A DNA stretch of 64,000 nt from an uncultured Gemmatimonadales bacterium (GCA_963783385.1 CAWANJ010000009.1:416001-480000), one strand, 5' to 3'. Positions 40,061-50,813 are shown, counted from the stretch's first letter. Notes: generated by a model not told the origin, from the letters alone. A program made the numbers and translations.

Positions 40061-41272
40061 GTGCCCCACGGCGCGGAGCTCGAGCTCGTCCGGCTGGGCC
40101 GGACGTTCGGGTCCACGGCGGCCGTGGATGGGCTCGACCTCGAGGTCGAGCGGGGGGAGGTCCTCACCCTGCTCGGACCCAGCGGATGCGGGAAGACCAC
40201 GGCGCTGCGGCTGGTGGCGGGCTTCGAAGTGCCGGACGAGGGCAGCGTGCGCTTCCGAGGCCGGGATGTGACCGCCTGGAACCCGAGGCGCCGGGGCTTC
40301 GGAATGGTCTTCCAGAACTACGCCCTCTTCCCCCACCTGGACGTGTTCGAGAACGTGGCCTTCGGGCTGCGCTGCCGGTCGGTGGAGGACGCCGACATCC
40401 GGCGGCGCGTGGGCCGTGTCCTGGCGCTGGTGGACCTGCCCGAGCACGGGGAGCGCCCCGTGCAGCAGCTCTCGGGAGGGCAGCAGCAGCGCGTGGCCCT
40501 GGCCCGGGCCCTGGCCATCGAGCCTCCCCTCCTCCTCCTCGACGAACCGCTCTCCAACCTGGACGCCGCCCTGCGCGAGCGGACCCGGACCGAGCTCCGC
40601 CGACTCATCAAAGAGCTCGGCATCACGGCCCTGTTCGTCACCCACGACCAGGAGGAGGCCTTCGACCTCTCGGACCGGGTGGCCGTGATGCGGTCCGGGC
40701 GGCTCCGCCAGGTCGGGAAGCCGGAGGAGCTGTACGACGCCCCGGCGGACGCGTTCGTGGCCGGGTTCGTCGGCCGCGCCAATCGTCTGCCGGTCCGGCT
40801 CGAGCGGGAGGACGGAGGCGGACGCGTGGCGCGCCTGCCCGACGGGACGGTGTGGCCGCTCCCGGTGAATGCCGGGGGCCGGGAGGGAGACCGCGGGCCC
40901 GCGCCCGCGGGACCCGCGCCCGACGATGTCGGCGCCGAGCTGTGGGTACGCCCCGAGGACCTGGAGCTGCGGCCCTGGATGCCCGAGAGCGCGGGGCGGG
41001 AGGTCCTGGCCGGGCAGGTGGTGGATCGCCGCTTCCGGGGGGCGGTCACCACCTACCGGATCGACGCGGGGGAGGCGGGCGTGCTCGAGGTGAACGGGCA
41101 CAGGGATGCGGCCGCGCCGGGCGACCGGGTGGGGGTCGTCCCGGCCCGGGGAGCCGCCATGCACCTGTTCGGGGCCGGGGCGGACTCGCCCCCGGACGGG
41201 TGGCCGGACGAAGGCGGGGAGGGCGAGGGAACGGAGTCGGAGAGCGCGCGCGGCGGCCGTGGCGAGAGCTGA
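40061..41272 (+). CDS. ABC ATP-binding protein (FbpC/PotA type)
   Basis: GPSGCGKT, FQNYALFPHL, LSGGQQQR, DEPLSNLD, TOBE-like tail. Confidence 0.92.
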   Translation: MPHGAELELVRLGRTFGSTAAVDGLDLEVERGEVLTLLGPSGCGKTTALRLVAGFEVPDEGSVRFRGRDVTAWNPRRRGFGMVFQNYALFPHLDVFENVAFGLRCRSVEDADIRRRVGRVLALVDLPEHGERPVQQLSGGQQQRVALARALAIEPPLLLLDEPLSNLDAALRERTRTELRRLIKELGITALFVTHDQEEAFDLSDRVAVMRSGRLRQVGKPEELYDAPADAFVAGFVGRANRLPVRLEREDGGGRVARLPDGTVWPLPVNAGGREGDRGPAPAGPAPDDVGAELWVRPEDLELRPWMPESAGREVLAGQVVDRRFRGAVTTYRIDAGEAGVLEVNGHRDAAAPGDRVGVVPARGAAMHLFGAGADSPPDGWPDEGGEGEGTESESARGGRGES

Positions 41273-42974
41273 GGGCGGTCCGGAGGCCGGGGCGGGGGGC
41301 GCGGGCTCCCATCGTCTGACGTGGCTCCTGGCCGCGCCCGTGCTCCTCGTCCTCGTGTGGCTGGTCGTCTACCCGAACCTCGTCGTCCTGGGCCGCTCGC
41401 TGGTCGGCCCGGGCGGCTTCACGCTGTCGGCGTACCACGACTTCTTCACCACGCGGGCCGAGCTCGAGGCAGCCTGGTCCAGCCTGTGGATCAGCGCGGC
41501 CAGCGTGCTCCTGTGCGCCCTGGTCGGGGTGCCCCTCGCCTTCCTGTTCGCGCGCTACGAGTTCCCGGGACGGCGCGTGTTCGGCGCCCTGGCGGCGCTT
41601 CCCGTGCTCCTTCCGCCCCTGGTGGGCGTGATCGCCTTCCTGTTCCTGTTCGGCGGGAGCGGGATCTTCACCCGGATCGTGCAGCGGCTCCTCGGGATGT
41701 CGCGGCCCCCGTGGGAGCTCCAGGGGGCACCGGCCATCCTGCTCGTCCACGCCTACACGATGTACGTGTACTTCTACCTGTTCGTCCGCGCGGGTCTCTC
41801 CCGCCTGGACGAAGGGGCGCTGGAGGCCGCCGAGTCCCTCGGCGCCGGCCGCTGGACGACATTCCGAAGGGTGACGCTGCCGCTCCTGACGCCCTCCCTG
41901 TCGGCCGCCGCGCTCCTGGTGTTCATGACCTCCATGGCCTCCTTCTCGGCACCCTACGTGTTCGGGGGTGGCTTCCGCGTCCTGACCACGCAGATCTACG
42001 CCAGCAAGCTGAGCGGCTCCCTGCCGCTGGCCATGGTGGAGACGGTGGTCCTGGCCGGCGTGTCGCTGGCCTTCCTGTGGGTGCTCCGCAGGCTGGAACG
42101 GGGGCGGGAGGTCGCCTCGGTCGGGAAGGGCACGGCGGCCACCCGGCATCGGGTGACGTCGGCGTGGGCCCGGTGGGGCCTGGCCGCCGCGGGCGCGGGA
42201 GGCGTGACCTTCCTCCTCCTGCCGCACCTCACCCTCCTGCTGGTGTCCTTCGTCCCCCAGGGGAGCTGGACGACCCAGATCCTGCCGCACCGGTTCAACC
42301 TGGCCAGCTACGCCGGGCTGGCCGCCGACCCCGAGCTCCTGCAGCCCATCGTCAACTCGCTGGAGATGGCCGCCCTGGCCACGGCCGCCAACCTCCTGCT
42401 GTGCTTCGTGGCGGCGTGGCTGGTCGTGCGACGCCGGTTCCGGGGCCGCGGCCTGCTCCGCGTGCTCCTGGTGCTCCCGTGGGCGCTACCCGGCACCGTG
42501 ATCGCGCTGGGCCTGGCCACCACCTTCTCGGTGGACCGCCCGGCGCTGGGTCGCTTCCTCCTGGTCGGGACCTTCTGGATCCTGCCGCTCGCCTACTTCA
42601 TCCGGAACACGCCCCTGGTCGCGCAGGCGGCGGTGGCTTCCTTCCGGCAGTTCGATCCCTCCCTCGAAGACGCGGCGCGGTCGCTCGGGGCGAGCTGGGC
42701 GACGACCATGCGCCGGGTGGCGCTGCCGCTCGTTCTTCCCGGCCTGGCCGCGGGCGGCACGCTGGCGTTCGTGACGGCGCTCGGGGAGTTCGTCGCCTCC
42801 ATCCTCCTGTACACGCACTCGACCCGGCCCATCTCCATCGAGATCCTGGCGCAGCTGCGGGCGTTCGACTTCGGCAAGGCGACGGCGCTGGGGGTGGTGC
42901 TGGCCGTGCTGGTGGCGGGGGCGTTCGCAGTGGGCGGCCGCTGGCTGCAGCGCGGAGAGCTCCTGGGGGGCTGA
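41259..42974 (+). CDS. ABC permease with two TM domains (FbpB/ThiP type)
   Basis: Two EAA loops (EAAESLGA, EDAARSLGA). Confidence 0.9.
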   Translation: MARAEGGPEAGAGGAGSHRLTWLLAAPVLLVLVWLVVYPNLVVLGRSLVGPGGFTLSAYHDFFTTRAELEAAWSSLWISAASVLLCALVGVPLAFLFARYEFPGRRVFGALAALPVLLPPLVGVIAFLFLFGGSGIFTRIVQRLLGMSRPPWELQGAPAILLVHAYTMYVYFYLFVRAGLSRLDEGALEAAESLGAGRWTTFRRVTLPLLTPSLSAAALLVFMTSMASFSAPYVFGGGFRVLTTQIYASKLSGSLPLAMVETVVLAGVSLAFLWVLRRLERGREVASVGKGTAATRHRVTSAWARWGLAAAGAGGVTFLLLPHLTLLLVSFVPQGSWTTQILPHRFNLASYAGLAADPELLQPIVNSLEMAALATAANLLLCFVAAWLVVRRRFRGRGLLRVLLVLPWALPGTVIALGLATTFSVDRPALGRFLLVGTFWILPLAYFIRNTPLVAQAAVASFRQFDPSLEDAARSLGASWATTMRRVALPLVLPGLAAGGTLAFVTALGEFVASILLYTHSTRPISIEILAQLRAFDFGKATALGVVLAVLVAGAFAVGGRWLQRGELLGG

Positions 42975-42977
42975 GAG

Positions 42978-43056
42978 GTCCGACTACAGTCGTGGTCGCA
43001 TCGGGATGTCCGACTACAGCTGTAGGTCTTGCCACGCGGGTTCGACCCCGTAGAAT
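42978..43056 (+). promoter_or_regulatory. Direct repeats, palindrome and promoter upstream of the di-cupredoxin gene
   Basis: GTCCGACTACAG at 42978 and 43008; palindrome CTACAGCTGTAG 43014-43025; TTGCCA-16-TAGAAT (43029-43056). Confidence 0.55.
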
Positions 43057-43113
43057 GGACCCGAGGCCTTCCATCGGAGGGCGCCACTGCGTCCGTCCAG
43101 AGGAGGGTGTCGA

Positions 43114-43959
43114 ATGCTGTATGGCTTCATGACCACGGCCGTCCTGACCGCGATGGCGGTCGGCGCGGGCGCTCCCGCCGTCGCTCCCGTCGCGACCGCC
43201 GGGGCGGACTCCGCCCCGGCCGAGCACGTCACGATCGTGGCGACCGACTACGCGTTCCAGGCGCCGGACTCGATTCCGGCGGGCGTTGTGAATATCCATC
43301 TCGTGGACCACGGCCAGGCGCCCCACCAGGCGTGGCTGATACGGCTCGCGGATGGGAAGACCCCGAAGGACGCCCTGGGGGCGCTCTCGAAGGGCCAGAT
43401 GCCGCCGTGGATGGTGAGCCTGGGCGGTCCCAACGCGGCCATGCCGGGCGGAGAGGCGGACGGCACGCTGCTCCTCGCTCCGGGCTCCTACATGATCGTG
43501 TGTCTGATCCCGAACGCCAAGGGCGTGGTGCACGTGGCCCTGGGCATGTCGCGGGCGCTGCGGGTGACGGGGCCCGAGGCCTCGGCGTCCGTGGCGCTGC
43601 CGGCCGCGGACGACACGATCGGGCTCACGAACTACGCCTTCCTGCCCTCGCATCCTCTGACGGCGGGGCACCATCACCTGCTGATCGTCAACCGGGCCGA
43701 CCAGCTCCACGAGGCCGTGTTCGTGCGACTGGCTCCCGGCAAGACGCCGGCCGACTTCACGGCCTGGGTCGACAAGCAGGCCGGGCCTCCTCCGGGTGCC
43801 CTGGTGGGCGGGAGCGCGGGCCTGTCTCCCGGGCGCGAGGCCGAGGCCGAGGTCGATCTGACGCCGGGACGCTACGGACTCATCTGCTTCGTCCCCGACA
43901 GGAAGGACGGCAAGCCGCACTTCATGCACGGGATGATGACGGAGCTGACGATCCACTGA
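43114..43959 (+). CDS. Exported protein with two cupredoxin-like domains
   Basis: Each half has an upstream His and a C-x(n)-H-x4-M cluster: CLIPNAKGVVHVALGM and CFVPDRKDGKPHFMHGM. Confidence 0.75.
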   Translation: MLYGFMTTAVLTAMAVGAGAPAVAPVATAGADSAPAEHVTIVATDYAFQAPDSIPAGVVNIHLVDHGQAPHQAWLIRLADGKTPKDALGALSKGQMPPWMVSLGGPNAAMPGGEADGTLLLAPGSYMIVCLIPNAKGVVHVALGMSRALRVTGPEASASVALPAADDTIGLTNYAFLPSHPLTAGHHHLLIVNRADQLHEAVFVRLAPGKTPADFTAWVDKQAGPPPGALVGGSAGLSPGREAEAEVDLTPGRYGLICFVPDRKDGKPHFMHGMMTELTIH

Positions 43960-44016
43960 GGTCGCGCCACGGCGCGACTTCCGGGTTCGATCGCTCCTCG
44001 GAGGGCCCGGAGACGG

Positions 44017-44045
44017 GCCGGCGGACCGGGTTCCGGTCCGCCGGC
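44017..44045. terminator. 13-bp GC hairpin between convergent genes
   Basis: GCCGGCGGACCGG-GTT-CCGGTCCGCCGGC; no U-tract. Confidence 0.5.
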
Positions 44046-44050
44046 GTTCC

Positions 44051-44515
44051 CTACATCCCGCTCCCGCCGGGAGCCGGCGACTCGTGGTAGGCGGCGCTCA
44101 TCCACGTGCCGTTCTTCTGCACGTAGACGGAGCTGACGAGGACCGAAGCCGGCCTCTTCTGGCCGTCACAGGTGGCGTCCTGCGCGGCCTTGTACGTCAG
44201 TATGGCGACGCCGGCCGCCACCTCGCGCGCCGCCCAGTCGGACATGGAGAAGCTCTTGACGTCACACGGGTGATCCTTGAGCCCGGTGAGGTAGGCCGCC
44301 TTGCCGACCGTGAGGCCCCCCTCGTCGATATTGACGACGTTGTCCAGCAGGTGCTTCTGGAATGGGGCCGGATCGTGAGCCTGCCAGCCCTTCCACAGGG
44401 TCTGCTCGATCGTGGACAGGGTGGTGACCAGCTTCTGCTGCGCGGCGACCGGGGCGGGCACGGTCATGGCCAGGGCGCAGGCGAGGAGGACAGGGGTGAG
44501 GATGCGTGCTCGCAT
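44051..44515 (-). CDS. Exported NTF2-like (DUF4440) protein
   Basis: Signal peptide; VAILTYK..SSVYVQKNGTWMSAAYHES C-terminal pattern. Confidence 0.8.
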   Translation of the reverse strand: MRARILTPVLLACALAMTVPAPVAAQQKLVTTLSTIEQTLWKGWQAHDPAPFQKHLLDNVVNIDEGGLTVGKAAYLTGLKDHPCDVKSFSMSDWAAREVAAGVAILTYKAAQDATCDGQKRPASVLVSSVYVQKNGTWMSAAYHESPAPGGSGM

Positions 44516-44738
44516 GGCGGCTCCAGGGGCAAGGGGTGAGAGGGACGCCAGGGACAGCGGCAAATTTAGGTTCTGCAAATCATCGGCCAGGGCTCCGGGC
44601 CGCCGGAGTGTCCGGCCTTCCTGGCCGCGGCCTTCGTCCCGCCGTCCCTTGCGTGGCTCCCGCCGGCCGAGCAAGGTGCGCCGTGCGGATCCACCGGTCC
44701 GCGCCGCAACCACCCACCGGAACAGGGAGGACCACGCC

Positions 44739-47700
44739 ATGCCGCTTCTCGCCTCGCGTCCCGGGACGGGCGCCGGTTCTCTCGGGCGCGCGTCCCGCGC
44801 TCCCGTGCAGCTCGTTCTCATCGGCTCGCTCCTTGTGGTCTGCTGTCTCGCGGCCCTGACCGCGGTCCCGGCCGGAGCCCAGGACCCGGACGCCGTGCTC
44901 GCGCCCGTCCTGGCGCCGGTACCCCCGGCCGCGGACACGGGCTTCCTGCACGGCCTCCGGTGGCGCGAGCTCGGGCCGGACGGCAACCGGGCCAGCGCGG
45001 TGGTGGGCGAGCCCGGGAATCCGCTGGTCGCCTACGTGGGCGCGGCTTCCGGCGGCGTGTGGAAGACCGAGGACGGTGGCTCCAGCTGGCGGCCGGTGTT
45101 CGACGACGAGCCCGCGCAGTCCATCGGGGCGCTGGCCATCGCGCCCTCGGCCCACAACGAGGTATGGGCCGGCACGGGGGAAACCTTCTACATCCGCCTG
45201 GCCACCGCCCTCGGGGACGGTGTCTACCTGTCCACCGACGCGGGCAAGACGTGGAAGAACGTGGGCCTGGGGAAGACGGGTCGCATAGGGCGCATCATCG
45301 TGGACCCCCGCGACCCCGACGTGGTCTACGTGTGCGCCATGGGCAACGGGTACGCGCCCCAGGCGGAGCGGGGCGTGTTCCGGACGCGCGATCGCGGACG
45401 GAGCTGGGAGAAGGTGCTGTTCGTGAACGACAGCACCGGTTGCTCCGACCTGGCGATCGACCCGAAGGACCCCGGCACCCTGTTCGCCGGCCTGTGGCAG
45501 GTCCAGATCCACACCTGGGACCTGCACAGCGGAGGACGGGGGAGCGGCGTGTACGTGACGCACGACGGCGGCGACCACTGGACGGAGGTCGCCGGACACG
45601 GTTTCCCCTCGGACACCGCGACCCTGGGCAAGATCTCCGTGGCGGTGGCCCCGTCGGATCCGGACCGGGTGTACGCGCTGGTCCAGGCCGGCGATCCGGC
45701 CCTGTACCGATCCGAGGACGGGGGGACGAGCTGGAGGCTGGTGAGCCACGACCACAGCATGGCGGAGCGTGGACCCTACTACACGCGGCTGCGCGTGTCG
45801 CCGTCCGATCCGGACCGACTGTACTTCGCCTCGGTTCGGTTCGGGATGTCGCGGGACGGCGGGGAGACGCTGGCCGAGCACCCGCCCCAGGGCGGCGGCG
45901 ACAACCACGACATTCTGGATCGACCCCACGAACGCCGACCGCTACATGGTGGCCCACGACGGCGGCGCCAGCATCACGCTGGACGGCGGCAAGAGCTTCC
46001 AGCGTGTCGTCCTCCCCATCGCCCAGATGTACCACGTCTACACGGACGACCGGGTGCCCTACTTCGTGTACGGGAACCGGCAGGACGGCTACTCCTACCG
46101 CGGCCCCAGTCGCACCCCGGGTGGTTTCTCGATCCCGATCGGCGCGTGGACGGCCGTGGGGGGCTGCGAGAGCGGCTTCGCGGTGCCCGACACGGTCTCG
46201 AACGACGTGGTGTGGTCGGGGTGCTACGACGGGCAGCTGGGCCGGACGGTGATCTCGACCGGCCACGAGCGCGACGTGACCGTGTGGCCCGAGGCCGGGT
46301 ACGGGGTGCCGCCGAAGGACAAGAAGTACCGGTGGAACTGGACTTTCCCGATCGCGATCTCCCCGCACGACCCGAACCGGGTGTACGTGGGGAGCCAGGT
46401 CGTGCACATGACCACGGACGGCGGCCACAGCTGGAAGGTCATCAGCCCCGACCTCACCCGCGACGACACGGCGCGGGAGGGCAGCTCGGGGGGCACCAGC
46501 ATCGACAACCTGAACACGTTCAGCGCCGCCACGCTCTCCTCGATCGCGGAGTCGCCGGTGAAGGCCGGCGTCCTGTGGACGGGGAGCTACGACGGGCTCG
46601 TGCACGTGAGCCGGGACGGCGGGGCGAACTGGACCGACGTCACGGGCAACATCCCGGGCCTCCCGGCGTGGGGCAGGGTCAGCAACGTGGAGCCCTCCCA
46701 TTTCGAGGCCGGCACGGCCTACGTGGCCGTGGACCTCCAGGAGCAGGGTGACTTCGCGCCCTACGTGTACGTGACCCGCGACTACGGGGCGCACTGGAAG
46801 CGCATCGACGCGGGACTGCCGCGCACGGAGCTGAGCGCCGTGCACGTGGTGCGAGAGGACCCCTCGCAGCCCGGACTCCTGTTCGTGGGGACCGAGAACG
46901 GCGTGTGGACGAGCCCGGACGACGGCGGCCACTGGCGCTCGCTACAGACGAACCTGCCGCACGCCCCGGCCTTCTGGCTCACCGTGCAGCCCCACTTCCA
47001 CGACCTGGCGGTGGCCACCTACGGCCGCGGCATCTGGATCCTGGACGACATCACCCCCCTCGAGCGGATGGCCGCCGCGGGCGCGGGCGCGGCGGACAGC
47101 GTCGCCTTCTTCGCTCCCCGCAAGGCCTATCGATTCCGACCCGTGCAGACGCGACATTCCACGCCGGGCCACGTGCAGGGGAGGAACCCTCCGAACGGCG
47201 TCGCGCTCAGCTACGTGCTCCCCGCGAAGGTGTCCTCGCCGGCCCGGCTGGTCGTGCTGGACGCGAAGGGCGACACGGTGCGTACGCTGAGAGGGGAGGG
47301 CGACGCGGGGCTCGACCGCTCCTGGTGGAACCTCCGGTACGAGGACGTGCGGCGGCCGAAGCTCAGGACACCGCCGCCCGACGCGCCGTGGGTGCCGCTC
47401 GGAGAGGATGGGACGCGTTCGGTCGTGCCCTGGGACCTGGATCTGAGCCGGCGCGGACCGGTGGCGCCCCCGGGGACCTACACGGTGAGGCTGTCCGTGT
47501 CCGGTAAGACCCTCTCGCGCGAGGTCGAGGTCCTCAAGGACCCGAGCACGTCGGGGACGGCGCCGGACATCCGGGCCCAGACCGAACTCGCGCTGAGCAT
47601 TCGGGACGACATGGACACGACGGCGGTCATGATCGACCGGCTCGAGTGGCTCCGGAAGCAGCTCGAGGACCTGTCGGACCTGCTGGCGAGCCAGGCCCAC

Positions 47701-48078
47701 CGGGGAGCCCGGGCGTCGACCTCCGACCCGGGCGACCTGAGGAAGCGGGTCGATGCCGCGCGCGACTCGGCGACCGCGGTGGAGGGACGCCTGTTCGACA
47801 TCCACCTGACCGGGGCGCGCGAGGACGCCTTCCGGCACCCGAACCGGTTGTGGAGCCGGTACGCCTCGCTCCTGTCCGACGTGGCCGAGGAGTCCTCGGA
47901 CTTCCCGCCGACCGATCAGCAGCGCCAGGTGTTCGGCCTGCTGCACGGGCGCCTGGGCGAGGCGCGGGCGGCCTACGACGACCTCGTCACCCGGATCGTG
48001 CCGGCCCTCCGCGAAGCCCTCCGCAAGGCGGACCTCCCGTTCGTGCTCCCGGCCGGCCCGGCCGATTCCGGGAGCTGA
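44739..48078 (+). CDS. BNR/Asp-box repeat (sortilin/VPS10-like) glycosyl hydrolase, split by one extra T at about 45913
   Basis: WRELGP..ASGGVWKTEDGGSSW and repeated (S/T)xDGGxxW boxes. Removing one T gives GGGDNHDIWIDP and joins ORFs 44412-46751 and 45769-48078. Confidence 0.88.
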
Positions 48079-48321
48079 CGCCGGCGACCGACGGGACGGT
48101 GCGGGGACCGGTCGGCGCCGGAGCCTTCCCCACGCGGAAAGGCGGGACCCTCCCGACAGACACGCGGAGCCATCCTGCCCATCCTACAGGAAACCCGCAT
48201 TCGCACAGCCAGGCAGGGCGCGGCGTTACGGGCGTGTTACGCCCCGGGTGCCCCGCGGTGACGCGGTCCCCGCATCCTTCGGCGAGTCAGAGGCCGAACG
48301 CGAGATACGGAGGAGGCCGCC

Positions 48322-48570
48322 TTGTACACGCTGATCCGCGATCCCGATGGGACCGTGACTCTGCGCACCCACGTAGACCCGGGAGAGCTCCCGGCCCTGG
48401 AGGCGCGGCGGCTCCTGCGCGCGCTTCGCCCGGTGCTCGAAGTCCTGCGAGAGCGCTCGCGAGCGGATCACCCCGCTTCCGGCGGTCCCGGCCCCCGGGA
48501 TACGCGAGCCGCATCGACCGGGGCTCCCGCGCCCCTCCCCCGCCGACCGGGGTTCGTCCCGGTCGGCTGA
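48322..48570 (+). CDS. Small hypothetical protein
   Basis: Strong SD GGAGGAGG before TTG; precedes the USP-like gene. Confidence 0.45.
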   Translation: MYTLIRDPDGTVTLRTHVDPGELPALEARRLLRALRPVLEVLRERSRADHPASGGPGPRDTRAASTGAPAPLPRRPGFVPVG

Positions 48571-48591
48571 CCTTCGCTCCGAGGGGGACCC

Positions 48592-49545
48592 GTGGACGGA
48601 ATCGTCGATCGAGGTCCGGAGTGCATCGGAGTCGCCATCGACCCGGGCAAACCGTGCGAGCTGGCGCTCCGCTACGCTTCCTTCCTGGCGGCCTGGCACG
48701 GCGCCGAACTCGTTCTCCTCACCGCCGGCCCCGTCGAAGGCGCCGGAGCCGCCGCGCTCGGCGAGGCGGCCGGCCGACTCGCCGAGCTGGCCGCGGGCCT
48801 GGAGCCCGAGCCCGGCTGGCGACCCGGGGCGACGGCCTACCGGCTTCGACCCTTCGGAGTTGACCCCGGCCGAAGACAGCCGCGCACCACGGAGCTCCCG
48901 GCGCGCGCGCCCGCGGCCGAAGCGCTCCGGGCGGCCGCGCGGAACGAGGACGTGGATCTCCTGGTGGTCCCGCGGGGGGTGTGCTGGGCGGGTGCGCTGT
49001 ACCCGCTCGAATCGATCGCGGAACGGCTCGCGCTCGGCACCTCGGTGCCCGTACTCGCCGTGCCCGAGACCGGGTCGCCGGGCGTCGTGGCGCCGCGGCC
49101 GACGATCGTGGTCCCGGCTCTCTCGGCCGAGAACGCGCCGGCGTGTCTGAGCTGGGCCTTCTCCTTCTCGGACCGACTCGAGGGCCGGGTGGCGGTGGTG
49201 CCGGCGGGCGGGGATGCAGCCGCGGCTCTCGAGCGACTGCGTCGCGCCCTCGGCCGCATCCGGACGGATCTCGTGGTGACGACGGCCGAGGAGCGCGACG
49301 TCGCGGGTGCGCGGAGGCTGTCCCACGTGGTGGCCGGCCTGCTGCGCACCGCTCCCTGTCCGGTCCTCGTCTTGCCGCCGGGCTACCGCGCCGCCCCGCC
49401 GGAGCCGGTGGCTGACAGGACCTGTCCGCCCCTCCGGAGACCGCGCTCCACGGGTGCGGGGAGTTCCCCCACATCCGTCCGGTGGCACCTCCGTACGTCC
49501 CGGGTCGAGCGACGTCCGACAGACGGGCGGATGGCAGGGCGCTAG
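48592..49545 (+). CDS. Divergent tandem universal stress protein (USP)
   Basis: DVDLLVV..SIAERLALGTSVPVLAV and TDLVV..VVAGLLRTAPCPVLVL. The true 3' end may be near 49415. Confidence 0.65.
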   Translation: MDGIVDRGPECIGVAIDPGKPCELALRYASFLAAWHGAELVLLTAGPVEGAGAAALGEAAGRLAELAAGLEPEPGWRPGATAYRLRPFGVDPGRRQPRTTELPARAPAAEALRAAARNEDVDLLVVPRGVCWAGALYPLESIAERLALGTSVPVLAVPETGSPGVVAPRPTIVVPALSAENAPACLSWAFSFSDRLEGRVAVVPAGGDAAAALERLRRALGRIRTDLVVTTAEERDVAGARRLSHVVAGLLRTAPCPVLVLPPGYRAAPPEPVADRTCPPLRRPRSTGAGSSPTSVRWHLRTSRVERRPTDGRMAGR

Positions 49546-49586
49546 GGTGAAGGGGTGACCCGAGGACCTCCACGCGAGGGATCGCC

Positions 49587-50135
49587 ATGCGCCTCTCCTA
49601 CCAGACCGTTTCCGAAATCATGCAGACCAATGTGACGACCGTGGATGCGGGCGCCAGCGTCCGGTCGCTGGTCCGGCTTCTGACCGAGAAGGAGATCAGC
49701 GGCGCGCCGGTCGTGGACGCGGAAGGGCGCGTCGTCGGCGTCGTCTCCGCCAGCGACGTGCTCCGGGCCGCGGCCACGGAGCCGCGCCGGGAAGCGGCGT
49801 CGACCGCGACTTCGGGGGACACGGCCGCGGAGCCCGAGCCGGTGGAGGGCTACTACGAGGACCCGGGCGGGCCACATCGGCACTACGAGCCGCTGGTACT
49901 GTCCCTGGTCCCGCCCGACTGGCTGGACACCCGGCGCGTCGGCGACATCATGACGCGCACCCTCCACGCCGTGAGGCCCAAGACGACGCTGGACAACCTG
50001 GCCCGGCTCTTTCTGCGGACCGGGATCCACCGGGCCCTGGTCATGGAAGAGGGGGCCCTGGTCGGGCTCGTCACGACCTTCGACGTGCTGCGCTGTCTGG
50101 TGGGCCGCTCCGAGATCTTCCAGCGGACCTTCTGA
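49587..50135 (+). CDS. CBS-domain protein
   Basis: ISGAPVVDAEGRVVGVVSASDVL; IHRALVMEEGALVGLVTTFDVL. Confidence 0.9.
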   Translation: MRLSYQTVSEIMQTNVTTVDAGASVRSLVRLLTEKEISGAPVVDAEGRVVGVVSASDVLRAAATEPRREAASTATSGDTAAEPEPVEGYYEDPGGPHRHYEPLVLSLVPPDWLDTRRVGDIMTRTLHAVRPKTTLDNLARLFLRTGIHRALVMEEGALVGLVTTFDVLRCLVGRSEIFQRTF

Positions 50136-50163
50136 CCCGATCCCGCCACTCACCTCCGTCGGT

Positions 50164-50389
50164 CGCCGCGCGCCATCTTGCGGCCCCCGACCGCGGGTCC
50201 CGGCGAACCCCTCTCCGGGGCCCGCGGGACCGTGCGTCGGCCTGGTGCGACCCTACATGCCTCCGCGTCGCGCCGAGGGCGGCAGCATGCCGTTCATGCG
50301 CAGGTACAGCGACAGCCGGCTGTAGTGGTCCGCCCAGTCGGCCGCGAGGGACATCATGACGGCGCCGCGCGCCATCTTGCGGCCCCCGA
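50164..50389. repeat. Exact 27-bp direct repeat (50164-50190 and 50363-50389)
   Basis: CGCCGCGCGCCATCTTGCGGCCCCCGA occurs once inside the DinB-like gene and once in the intergenic gap. Confidence 0.9.
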
Positions 50390-50813
50390 AGAAGGGCACC
50401 GGATCGGAGAGCTTCGAGTCGTCGACGCCGGCAAGCGCCGTCTGGCAGAAGTCGAACGAAGCCTGCAGCATGGACACCAGACCGTCCTTGTCGGTATCGC
50501 TGACTTCCTTGCCCTTCGGCCGCTCCACTCCGCCGATGGCCGAGCACATGTAGTCGTTGGACTGGGCCACGTGCTTGATCTCCGCCCCGTAGCTCCGGAC
50601 GGTCTTGTCCGCCTTGAAGGCGTACTTGTCGGCGGGCATGTCCTTGGCGGACTGTACCAGCCAGCCGCTGTAACGCTTCATGGTGCTCTGCAGACTTTCG
50701 GTGATCGGGTTGGAGCCGCCCTGCTGCGCCTGCGCGGGCGGAGCGAGGACGAGCGCGGCGGCAGCGCAGAGCAAGGCCGCCGGAAACAGGGCTACGCGGC
50801 GTGTGGACGCCAT
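50253..50813 (-). CDS. Exported DinB-family protein
   Basis: Signal peptide; MPADKYAFK..RSYGAEIKHVA..DHYSRLSLYLRMNGMLPPS. Confidence 0.8.
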   Translation of the reverse strand: MASTRRVALFPAALLCAAAALVLAPPAQAQQGGSNPITESLQSTMKRYSGWLVQSAKDMPADKYAFKADKTVRSYGAEIKHVAQSNDYMCSAIGGVERPKGKEVSDTDKDGLVSMLQASFDFCQTALAGVDDSKLSDPVPFFGGRKMARGAVMMSLAADWADHYSRLSLYLRMNGMLPPSARRGGM

